A DNA stretch of 64,000 nt. Source: Sarea resinae. Its lineage: Eukaryota. The first letter of the stretch is position 1; every line of letters starts with the position of its first letter. The translations under genes and the position numbers were made by a program. The stretch is from positions 124,001 through 188,000 of the forward strand of contig JAPEUD010000007.1 of assembly GCA_026026165.1 (NCBI GenBank). Direction: 5' to 3'. The notes under the pieces are model-generated. The model did no database searches. It had not been told where the DNA came from and saw nothing but the letters and a program-made list of their open reading frames with translations. Positions 1 through 11,027 of this stretch are shown here, piece by piece.

Positions 1-257
1 ACCCGTCACTCTTTTGGCTCTGTTGTCCACGGCGACGACTCAGTCTTCTTGCTCCCCACCGCGATTCGGCCCAGAATCATCACGCTCTTTCCAACATCCC
101 ATCCGACCTCCGCCAACCATCTGTGCGGCACCAAACGCCGGCACACTCCATTCATGCGACACCGTCATATCCGTCTCTTGCTCCATGAATTCTGATCGCG
201 ACACGAACAGCCCTCGACATCAACTGCGACACGACGTCTTTCGCCGCGATCGGTGCA

Positions 258-2174
258 ATGGAGTACTCCCCGGGGATGCCACATTCACGACACTCTCGGG
301 TCGGCACTGGTAGCCTCTCGTCTGCCGTCTCGGACGATGACGACGAGGACAACCAAGTGAGCGAGCATGGCACTTCGCAGGTAGAAGCAAAGCCCGCCAG
401 CCCTCCCCTGGATCTGCGCATACGCACACCACCACCGCCGCTGGTGCAGGAATGGTCGCAGGCGCGCAAAAGAGCTGTTGACAGCCATCATCGGCACATG
501 CACAAACGACAGTCCGCCGACTCCGCCCAAGCAGCAGCACAGGTGTCTGTATCGGTCTCGGCGGATGGTAGCAGCAATGGTGTTGTTGTGTCCTTGCCCA
601 CGATCCCTGGACTACCCACTGTCCCCGCTGTCCCTTCCTTCCCAAGTTTTTCCCCCCTGAGCGTTCCCGCGGTCCCTTCGTTGCTGTCCATACCCCCGGT
701 GACTCTACCATCGGTACCGGCATACCCTTTTGCTACGTCTCTGGCATCTGCAGCTTCTGCTCAAGACAACAGCTCTTCTTCACTTTCGTCTGCTGTTGCA
801 AGTTCAGCAGCCTCCACCACTGCTCCCGGCTTCTCATCCGTCGGTGGCACCAATTCCACGACGAGTTCAAGTAGCGCATGGAGTTCGTCCGGCTCCGGAT
901 CGACGAGCTTGATATCCGCTTCGTCGAATTCTACCACATCTTCAGTCTCGACGACTTTGTCCAGTTCTTCCAATACGTCGTCTTCCAGTACAACCAGTTT
1001 GCTTTCATCTTCATCGACATCTTCGTCAATCTCTTCTTCGTCGATTTCTTCGTCGCTATCAAGTTCATCCAGTCACTCGTCCTCGACATCTCTCACGAGC
1101 ATCTCCAGCATTTCAAGTTCCACATCTAGCGCAGCTTCGAGTTCCGATTACAACGGTGTGTATGGAGGCTCCCCTACCTCTTCCACTGCCGCTCCTCCGG
1201 CAAGCTCGACGACCGCCGCGGGGGCCGGTGGAAGCAGAGATCAATCTCCCAGCTCGCCCAGCCAGCCCCATACCCCGGCAGTGGTCGGAGGGGTGGTAGG
1301 TGGAGTCGCCGGTCTGGCAGTCATCTTGGTCCTGGTCTTGTTCGCCCTGCGGTGGAAGAAGCAAAAGAACCGCTCGATGCAGCTCCTCTCCGAATCCGCC
1401 CACGAAAACAGCATCCAACCTCGAAGCAGCGCCGGCACCGCGAACCCCAACGACCTCTCGCAGGTGATGACGCAGCGATCGAGCCAAACGCCCATCGCCG
1501 CCGCCGCCGCCCTAGGTGCAGCCGGCTTCCTCAAACGGCTGCGACCAGCCTCGCAGCAGACGGCTACCACGACATCGGACACGGCTCCCAGCACCAGTCA
1601 GCGCGGCTTTGAGAATTTGGGCGGCAGGAAGTTGGCCTCGGAGTTTAGTCCTGGTGCGGTCCGTGGCGGTAGCGGCGGTCCGTTTGCGGGGTCCAATTAC
1701 AGCCGCGACAACCTCTCCGGCCACTCCTTTTACCGCGACGATCAAGGCTTCTACGGCGGCGGCGGCGGCTTGTCCGCTCGACCCGCTCATCCATCGTCGT
1801 CGTCGCCTCATCCACCGGCCTCGCCTTCGGCTCAGCAACATCCGCTACAGGACCAGCAAGCAAGATCGCCGACGTCCCCTTCTCCGATCGCCTCGAGCCC
1901 ACCCCTCTCGGACTACTCGGATGACCGAGACCCAAGACGCACGAGCGAATTCGCCGTCCTTCGGCCCAGTCCGGCCCGCACCCCGGTCACGTCACCGGGC
2001 GGGTTCCCGCGCACACCTCGCACGCCGACTCAGAGCCCCGGACCGCCTCCTCTGCCCCACGCGCACGCCCAGGCACCGACACGCCCGCGAGGACCGTTGC
2101 AGGACGCATTGGGAAGAAGTCATCCGAGCCATGACGGCAGTAGAGGATCGAAGTTTACGGAGGAGGTGGTATGA
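258..2174 (+). CDS. Ser/Thr-rich single-pass membrane protein (Mid2/Wsc-like cell-surface sensor architecture)
   Basis: Intronless 638-aa ORF. Long Ser/Thr tract, one TM helix (AVVGGVVGGVAGLAVILVLVLFAL) followed by a basic stop-transfer (RWKKQK), and a Pro/Ser-rich tail ending GSRGSKFTEEVV. No obvious signal peptide, so the start is uncertain. Confidence 0.75.
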   Translation: MEYSPGMPHSRHSRVGTGSLSSAVSDDDDEDNQVSEHGTSQVEAKPASPPLDLRIRTPPPPLVQEWSQARKRAVDSHHRHMHKRQSADSAQAAAQVSVSVSADGSSNGVVVSLPTIPGLPTVPAVPSFPSFSPLSVPAVPSLLSIPPVTLPSVPAYPFATSLASAASAQDNSSSSLSSAVASSAASTTAPGFSSVGGTNSTTSSSSAWSSSGSGSTSLISASSNSTTSSVSTTLSSSSNTSSSSTTSLLSSSSTSSSISSSSISSSLSSSSSHSSSTSLTSISSISSSTSSAASSSDYNGVYGGSPTSSTAAPPASSTTAAGAGGSRDQSPSSPSQPHTPAVVGGVVGGVAGLAVILVLVLFALRWKKQKNRSMQLLSESAHENSIQPRSSAGTANPNDLSQVMTQRSSQTPIAAAAALGAAGFLKRLRPASQQTATTTSDTAPSTSQRGFENLGGRKLASEFSPGAVRGGSGGPFAGSNYSRDNLSGHSFYRDDQGFYGGGGGLSARPAHPSSSSPHPPASPSAQQHPLQDQQARSPTSPSPIASSPPLSDYSDDRDPRRTSEFAVLRPSPARTPVTSPGGFPRTPRTPTQSPGPPPLPHAHAQAPTRPRGPLQDALGRSHPSHDGSRGSKFTEEVV

Positions 2175-2641
2175 TGCGTCTTGCATCTTTTCCGAGTTCT
2201 TCCGAACAGGACCGGGCGTGGGGCGGCATGGGAAAGCACGGGATGGAGTGCCAGGGTCGGAAAAGGGATGGATAAAGAGGATGAAAGTCACGCTTGCTTC
2301 TATGTATATATAGATACCAATTTCTTTTTCTTCGTTTTCGTTTTTCCTTTTTTTTCTTCTTGTTTTTCATCTTTTGTTCTCCTTGAGACGTTTTTCAAAG
2401 CTCAAGGCTCAAGGCTCATCTCTCCCACTCTCGAGGCCCCACCCTTCCCTCCCCTCCTTTTCTTCTCGCTGGCAGTCTGGCGAGCGACGGTCGGAAGGAT
2501 GGACGGACGGGTCTCCTTGTTTGGATTTTTTCATCCATCTTTTTTTTCTTTCTTTTTGATTTGGCTTTGTGTTAATTAGGTAGGGTCGTGTATGGAAATC
2601 TAATTCGGCTTGTATGTGAGTGATATTGGCACCGTTAGTGC

Positions 2642-2693
2642 GATGATGATGATGACAACAACGATGGTGATGATGATGATGATGATGATGATG
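2642..2693. repeat. Imperfect (GAT)n microsatellite
   Basis: Interrupted gatgatgat tract, directly visible. Confidence 0.9.
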
Positions 2694-3672
2694 TTCATCG
2701 GTATATAAAAGGCAAAAGCAAGGGAGGACCAAGAAGTCAATCGGGCAAATCTGTTCCTAAATTATGTGCGCCCTCCCGCCCCCCCCCCTCCCCACTCCAA
2801 AAAAAGAGAGGGACTACTATATTATCCCACTTGCCTTGCCTCCTTGTCTACCTACCTACGACCTACCTATATAGCAGCAGCAGCAGCAGCAGCGACCTCT
2901 TCCCTTGTTTTACTCTCTCTTTCTTTTTTAAAGGAACAAAAAGAAAAAAAAAAAAAGAGAGAGCGAAATACTCTAGAGCATGTGAGATGCGCTGCTATAT
3001 AGTACGCCAATAAGGCAGGCATGGCCCAGACGAGCCGGCTTCTAGTAGTCTTTGTGGAGAGTGTACTATGTATGTACTGCGCAGGAACAGGTTTGCCGAT
3101 GTGTTGGTCCTTATTATTTTTTTAAGGTGATGAGTATGAATAAATAGGTATATATATATGTATATGTATATAAACAGCCTACCTGCCTAGTCGGAATCAC
3201 TACCCTACCCTACCCTCTGCCTTCCCATCTCTTCTCCTTTCTTCCTCTCTCTTCTCTCCTCTTGCTTTCCTCTCTTCTTTTCGTCGTTCTTCTCTTTCTC
3301 TCCTGTCTGTCATGCCGCCACGTAAGCCTTGCATGCTTTTGTTTCCAAAAACGGACGACGAAAAGACGACAAAAAATAAAGATGCATGAATGCGTGCGAG
3401 CTAGGCGGCCTAGATGCCCGTACCCTATGCCGCGCCCAATTCGCTGGCTCGTACGATTCCCGTTTCCGTTCCATTTCATTCGTTCCTATCCCTATGGTCG
3501 TACCCTCCGTACTGACCTGCCTAGGTAGCCTGCGCGGATTGTAGAAGGTTGGGCGTTTGGGTGTGAGATACTCTGAACACCGAGACAATGTTCAGAGAGT
3601 ATAAGTGTTGCTGAGAGGGCGAGAGGGAGGCTGGCGTGTAGATCAATCAAGGACGAGGGGACGAACAATAGT

Positions 3673-3708
3673 GTATGTATGTGTATGTGTATGTGTATGT
3701 GTATGTGT
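3673..3708. repeat. (GTATGT)n microsatellite
   Basis: Tandem tgtatg units in the MAPKK 3' region. Confidence 0.85.
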
Positions 3709-3947
3709 GTTTGTGTCTGTGTAAGTTGATGATAGATAGGGCCGAGAGATAGTGGTATCATAGTGCCAGACACGAATAAGCAAGTCCCACCCGCGCCAAT
3801 CGAGCCAATGACTTTTCCACCCTGGACATTCTTCGCCATCTCGACAAAACAGGGCGCAAATAGGTAGACCAAGAGGACATCTTGCCTCTGGGTCTGGTCG
3901 GATCAGAGAAGAGAAAAGCGGAAGAAGATAACACAAACTATCCGGCT

Positions 3948-5605
3948 TCAATCCTTCCAGTCCCAGACCCTCTTGAGGAAGAGCTCCATATTGACCTTCT
4001 TGGTCTTCATCTCCACCATCCACGGATGCTCCAGCATACGCCACGGAGTCGCCCGACGAGGAGGCTCTTTCTCAAGACTGAGAAGGACGTGTCAGCCCAC
4101 AATCTCTCCATGTGACAGACACAATAACTTACCAGCACTCGATAAAATACTTGAAGCTGTCGCTCCACCGGATCCCCTGCTCCGGCTCATCCTTCAGCTT
4201 CGGAATCGGCTGCCTCACGATATAAGTCAAGAGATCGATCAACCCCGCACGCGGCTGCATTTCCGTGCCGTCTGCCGGGAACGGGAATCGGTGCTGCGCG
4301 ACTTCCAGCAGCGTAACGCCCAGGGACCAGACGTCCGAGGTGATGGTGTAAGACTGGCCCGTGATGCGCTCGGGAGCCATGTAGTAAGAGGTACCAATGA
4401 AGGTATTGGCGTCACCCTTGGTGCCGAACTCGCCGGATACGCCAAAGTCGCACAGTTTGACTTGGCCGTTACGGCAGAGGAGGATGTTGGACGGCTTGAT
4501 ATCTGGCTTCCTGTCAATTTCGTCCTCTCATCTCATTGACGAGCATACACACCTCTATGGATAATCTTGCGTCCATGAAGGTAGGTCAATCCGTTTAAGA
4601 CGCCCTCGGCTACTTTTCCGAGCACTTTCTCGCCCGTTCGGCCTCCGAGCTTCTTTACTTCCCGGTAGACACTGTCCAGGCTGCCACCCTCGCAGAATTC
4701 CATAGAGATAGATATGGTTCCTGTGGAATCGTCCACGAAGGCTCCGTAATATCTGCAGACAAAGTCTGACGCACAACTCCTGTTGAAATTGAGTTCTCGG
4801 ACAATCTGCTTTTTGACATCTGGATTGGGATCGGTCGTAATGATCTGCGTCGTCAACCATGAGTTCCCAAACGACCGCAGATGAAACTCACCTTCAAGGC
4901 AAAAACAGTCTTGCCGCCTTTTAACATACACCGGGTCACTGCTCCTCCGGCCCCTTCTCCAAGACTGCCAAGTTCAACGATTTTCTTCTCCACACTAGCT
5001 GCTCTCCAACCAGCGTCATCTAAATCCTCAACATCCAAAGGTCTTCCCTTCTCGAGGCTCAACTTCTCCAGATCTGGTAAGCCACTCATGCTCGACTCTC
5101 GTTCCATTCCTGCACCGCCATCGCTTGCTGCTCGATCGGAATATACCGACCCAACGGCAGACGAGGGGTCGGAATTCTGAGGCTGCCTGAGGCCCATAGC
5201 GAATGACAGCGCCGAATAAGATGACGACGACGCAGACCCGGGTCCATTCGCTCTATCTGTATTTATCGAGCTCTCCGATCGAGAGTGACCATCGCTGTTG
5301 CTCGTGCCGCTTGATGAGCCAAGCCCCGGCGGTTGAAGCTGAAGGGATGGTCGCCCATTCTTCAAGCGGCCACCCTCATGAGGGGTCGCGTTGCTGCCCA
5401 TGGGCGTCGCTAAGCGCAGTTGTGGAGGTGCGCGCCGTTGCATCGGTGCTGGTTGTGGGACTTGTGGGACAGTCTGCTCGGGCGCGACAGGTTTTACATT
5501 TGGCGAAGGAGGAATGGCAAGGCCGAGACGCGGCGTTCGGGTGCCACTGTTGCTTCGGTTCGAGCCAGGGATGGGGGGACGAAGTAGAGGTGCGGGCGAA
5601 GACAT
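3948..5605 (-). CDS. MKK1: MAP kinase kinase of the cell-wall-integrity pathway (Mkk1/Mkk2/Pek1 family), 501 aa
   Basis: Exons 5605-4892, 4844-4553, 4502-4133, 4077-3948 (GT-AG). Motifs: [56 protein letters not shown]. Confidence 0.95.
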
Positions 5606-6200
5606 GTTGAAGATATTTGGCTGATGTGTATGTTGAAAAATCGGGACTAAGGTAATTCATTAGCCTTGGATGGACGTAGAAATTGCTAGTACGGCGACTT
5701 ACAGCAAAGCAAAGAAAAGCTAAAATGACAATCCCCGCAGTGATGTCGGCAAATGAGATCGACCTTGGAGACCTTATAGCGTTCGTCTGCTTTCCAGATA
5801 GATCACAAATGGCCAAAAAAAAAAACAAAAGCCAAGCACCCTTGCGTCAGGAATGTTGCTGAAACGAACAGACGATCTGCCAGCGTCGGACTCTCAATCG
5901 ATCACGTAAAAACCAATTCCAAGCGAGTGACTGAAAGGTCATCTATTCCAGAACGTAGAGGAGAACGTGTAGTGCCAGATTGGGGGCGGCGCCGCAATCG
6001 TGGCCGTTCTGGAGAGGTTCTATCGTGTCCGGACCCAGCCGAGACGATAGACGGTAGGATCCCGATCGACCAGCTTTCGCAAGTCGGACGAGCTGAAAGT
6101 ACTGTGGTGATGATTGCTAGGTACCGGTAGGACACCGGGCTGGTTGTGACGGCGATGCTGACGCTGATGCAGATGCAGATGCTGATGCTCTTTGATGATG

Positions 6201-6233
6201 ATGGTGGTGGTGGTGGTGGTGGTGGTGGTGGTG
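6201..6233. repeat. (GGT)n microsatellite
   Basis: About 10 tandem GGT units. Confidence 0.9.
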
Positions 6234-8084
6234 ACGACGGTGGTGATGCCAATGCGATGCCAAGGCCGATCAGGGAAACAAGTCAGGTACCAACAGTGAG
6301 ATGATGGCCAAGAGAAAAGGTGAGAAGAGAGGATGAAACGAATGGAGGGGGAAAGTTGTGTGTTCCAGGTGGGTGTGATAACCAGTGACGATAATGTACG
6401 GTGAACGAAAGCTAGTAGGTGAGTAGTTCAGAGTTCAGGGTGGAGGGGCCGAGGGGCAGATGGGGGCAGATGGGGCAGATTGGGGCAGATTGACTGAGGT
6501 GAGTGAAGGCTGACGAGTTCTGGCAAGTCACTCGCTCGGTGTCGCCCCGTCTCTAACCTGTGTGGTGCAGGCGGCAGCGGCAACAGTGGTAGCGCACGGG
6601 GAACTGGGAAGGGACAGTCCAGTGCAGTCCAGGGTAGTCCAGCGCAGTCCAGCGCCAACCAACACCACGTTCCGAGTTGTGTGTACTAGTAGTATTCGAC
6701 CCTGGGGTCAGTCCGGGTAGGCAGAGACGGCGAGAGACAGTCCACTGCCACGGTGGGATCTGCTGCTATGCTGATGTTCTGATGTTCTGATATCCTCGAT
6801 TTCTACTGCGTACCGACCGAGTATCGAGTACTTGAAGATCTGCATTTCATCTCTTCGCTGTCTCATCCTCATTGGCATCATGTCCTGAGCTGCTATTGGC
6901 ATCGTTTCAGGACGCGCCCGTTGAATGAGGAGCATCCATGCATCTCACCCTCTCACCCTCTCACCCCATCGTACCCAGTACTTCCCTTCTCACCACCGAC
7001 GGAGCCAAGCCGCGCCTATTATACTCGGAGTATGTCACGGGCTACTGGAGACGGCCAGGGGGGGAAGAGACTACGAAGTAGTGTGTACAGGTCGATCCGC
7101 CCTGAAACGCATGCCATTGCCATACTCGACGAGTACTGTGTACTCGATCCTGTTCACCATGGGGAGTATTCCTACCATAGTACCTCATGATCAAGGATTC
7201 GGATCCGCCTGGTGGAGACTTGCACGGGGGAAGATGCCGCCTTCATTGGCTGGTGTGGCCATAGTGTTTCAATTCAGCTCAACACCGATTGCTCTCTGTC
7301 GCGACTGTTCTGAGAAGCGCAACGAGGACAAGCATGAAACCCATGGATGGGCAATCCATGGGCAATCCCGACAAAAGTCGATGAGGTGGAGACGGCGACA
7401 TCGTCCAGCGGCTGCGGCCTGTTGGCCCGTAGAAGTACAGTAGGCAACTGGTGGATCGTCCAAGCTCCGGCGGCAAAGATGGACGGCCAAGCAGACGAAT
7501 CGAGCACATCTCCACGCACTGCATCAGGCATGGATCGAGATGGGTCAGATGCAGTTGATGTCATGAAAAAGGGAACACTTTCCAAGACTCAAGAGGGCCA
7601 GACATCGACCTGCGTAGAAAAGAGAAGCGAACCCCGCGATGAAAGGCCCCTACGACGCCGAATTGAATTCAGGAATGTCAGGATGTCAGGGTGTTCAGGG
7701 TGTCTACCTACCTAGTTGGATGTTCCATAGCGGGCGTCTTGATAAGACGTAAGACGGCATGATATCGCGGCGCGGCCTCGTCTTAGCGAGTGGGTTGCGC
7801 CAGTCCGGCTAGAATTGCAGCGCTCGCTAAAACATTTGTTCATGCATGATGTTTTGCGTCGTAGAAAATCGTCAAACAGTGAACCCTCAATCAATTCCGG
7901 CCAAGACTCTGCCATTCGAGATTGCCTTGGGGAGCAAGAGGTCGTGCGACCCAATTCGACCGGCCCGCCATCGAGGCTCTGCACTCTGTACTCGAGTCTT
8001 TGCTTACCCCTGATTGCTTGGTCCTACGCCAACCGTGTAATCGTCGCATGAATATCGCATCCGAAGGCCTCGACTTCAATCAAG

Positions 8085-9764
8085 ATGGTGTCCCGCAGAA
8101 GTGCGTCCGTGTCTGAAGACAGCTCCTCTGAGGCCCCGTCACCAGAGCACCTGGAGGAGACATCTTCAGCCGATTCCTCAGACCAGTCCGACCAAGAACA
8201 TATCGATACGTCTACGAATGGCAGCAGAAAACGGAGAAGGCTTTCCCCAGCGTCATCAGAGGAACTGGACGCGGAACCTGCCACGGCAGCCCCTCTCCCG
8301 GCCGCTACGCTCTCAAGAGTCAAGGCCAAGAAGCCTGGGCTCTTGCAGAGCAATACAATCCCGCCATCTAACGCAGATACAGCCATCAATGGGACAGCGA
8401 AGGCGAGCTTCGCCTCCCTGGGAGTGCATCCCTGGCTTGTTGCCTCTCTATCTGCCATGGCTATCAAAAGACCGACGGGCATCCAGAGTGGATGCATACC
8501 CGAGATTCTCAAAGGCAGAGACTGCATCGGTGGCAGCAGGACGGGCTCAGGAAAGACGGTCGCGTTCGCAGTGCCCATCCTCCAAAAATGGGCTGAGGAT
8601 CCTATCGGGATCTTCGCTGTCGTCTTGACCCCAACACGGTAAGCCGTCTTGCCCTATGTCGAGACCCACGACGAGAAATCTAATTCGGACCACAGAGAAC
8701 TGGCACTCCAGATCTTCGAACAATTCAAAGCCCTCTCCTCGAGTCAATCTCTGAAACCCATCCTCGTCACAGGCGGCGCCGACATGCGCACCCAAGCCCT
8801 GGCCCTGTCCTCCCGCCCTCACATCGTCATCGCCACGCCCGGCCGCCTCGCCGACCACATCACCAACTCGGGCGAAGACACAATCTGCGCGCTGCGACGC
8901 GTGCGCATCGTCGTGCTCGACGAAGCCGACCGTCTCCTCCAGCCCTCAGCCCACGGCTCCATGCTCCCCGACGTCGAAACCTGCCTCTCGATCCTCCCGC
9001 CGCCGGAAAAGCGACAGACGCTCCTCTTCACGGCAACAGTCACGCCCGAAGTCCGCGCGCTCAAAGACTCGCCCCGGCACAAAAAACACCCCCCACACAT
9101 CTGCGAAGTCGACACGGAAGCCCTCGCCATCCCGCCCACCCTCAAGCAGACATACCTCCAGGTGCCGCTCACGCACCGCGAAGCCTACCTGCACACCCTC
9201 CTCCAGACGCCCGCCAACGCGGCCAAGCGCGCCATCCTGATCTTCACGAACCGCACGTCGACGGCGACCCTGCTCACGCACCTGCTGCACCTGCTCGAGC
9301 ACCGCGTGACCTCGCTGCACTCGCAGCTGCCGCAGGCGCAGCGCACGGCGAACCTGGGCCGGTTCCGCGCGGCGGCGGCCCGCGTGCTCGTGGCCACCGA
9401 CGTCGCCGCCCGCGGCCTCGACATCCCCGCCGTCGACCTCGTCGTCAACTACGACGTGCCGCGCGACCCGGTCGACTACATCCACCGGGTCGGGCGCACG
9501 GCGCGGGCGGGTCGCGCCGGCGAGGCCATCACCCTCGTCGGCCAGCGCGACGTCCAGCTCGTGCTGGCCATCGAGGCGCGCGTCGGGCGCCCCATGGTCG
9601 AGTGGGCCGAGGACGGCGTCAGCGTCGAGACGCGCGTGCTGCGGGACGGCTTGAGGCTCGTCGGCGAGAAGAAGAGGGAGGCCGTGCTGGAGATCGAGGA
9701 GGGCAGGGAGGTCGGCGGCAAGAGGAAGGTCGTCAGGGGTGCGAAGCGCTTGAGGGAGATGTGA
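8085..9764 (+). CDS. DBP8: DEAD-box RNA helicase Dbp8 (40S biogenesis), 540 aa
   Basis: Exons 8085-8638 and 8696-9764. Q motif [60 protein letters not shown]. The KWAEDP and [10 protein letters not shown] motifs are typical of Dbp8. Confidence 0.9.
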
Positions 9765-11027
9765 TGTGATGTGATCTGATTTGATCTGGTGGGCGGGCCG
9801 TTTTACGAATCATCCGTGCATCCTGATTGGGAGCGTGCTTTTACTTCTATTGGCGTCTGTTGTTTATCAGATCATCAGGATCATCTGTAGCGAGAGCGAG
9901 AGAGAGCGCAACAGAGAGAGGGTGAGAGGAGAGAGAGATGCATGAGCTACTTTTATCTATCTACCTACCCCTTTAGTCACGAGACTACTATATCTATGTT
10001 ATGTTAAACCGTTCCCCCGCCTTTCCGCCCTCCTTTCCCACCATCCATCCATCCCCCTCTGCCCCCTCCCTCCCTCCTCCCCTCGCCCCATCAACATCGA
10101 CGTCACCGTAAACCCCACCCCCCCCTAACCCCGAAATGTGGGTACCTCCAGTTTCAGCAAGTAGCACAGACGCCAAAAGGAGATAAAAAAAAAAGGAAGG
10201 GAAGAACACTAGAACACGCACGTAAGAGACCGAGAAAACGAGAATAGGAAAAGTGATAGAAGGAAAAATAAGAGAAAAAGGGAAGAGAAATGAGAAAAAG
10301 AAATGGGGATTGGATGGGGATCGCAAGATTGGGGGAAAAGGGAAAGCTGGAAGGTGGGTGAGGATGAGAAAAAGAAAAAGAAAAGTGGGCATGCATGGTA
10401 TAGAGATCCTACGGTCCAGGGTTCACGGTCCATGGTTCACGTCTTAGTCACTGTGACGATGTCGGGTGGTGTCGAAGCCGAGGAAAATTGACGAAATGGA
10501 CGGGTGGGTTTGGTCAAAGGGGGCCAGATATGCTGGTACGAGTAGACAGGAATAAGAAAATGAGAAGAACAATAAAACACGGCTTGAGAAACCCGAGGAT
10601 TGAGACCCTAGATAGGATTGTGTTGGATATGAATGGTCATCGGCATTGTCATTTGAGACGCAAGGCACAGAGACTGGACTGGTGAAGCTTTGAGTTTTGA
10701 GTCGAGTTGAGGTACGTGTATGCGTCGTGGTTGCTTGCTTGATCGCGCTATTCGTAGCCCGTCGTCGATGGTTCGCTCGGTCTTTGTCCCTTTTTCTCTG
10801 GCCTATTGCGCATTTTCCGTTGTCCATCTGTCATACGGCACCGTAGCGGCCACGGAAAGTGAGGGTAAGGTGAGGTAAGACAAGGCACGCAGACGTAGCT
10901 AAGATGAACGGAGACAGGTTGGCCTTTGTTGGCTCGACCGCTCGGTAAGGGAAGGAAGCTTCACTGATCTAGGAGGGAGAGAACAATGTGAGGTCAGGGC
11001 TGGTAGATCTGGGACTCGGGCTTGGCC

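Noticed and set aside
8819..9721. Long antisense ORFs over DBP8 (similar ones over the QIP-like, PHD, UPF0261 and KRI1 genes)
   Set aside because: Expected shadows of GC-rich codon usage; no independent coding signal.
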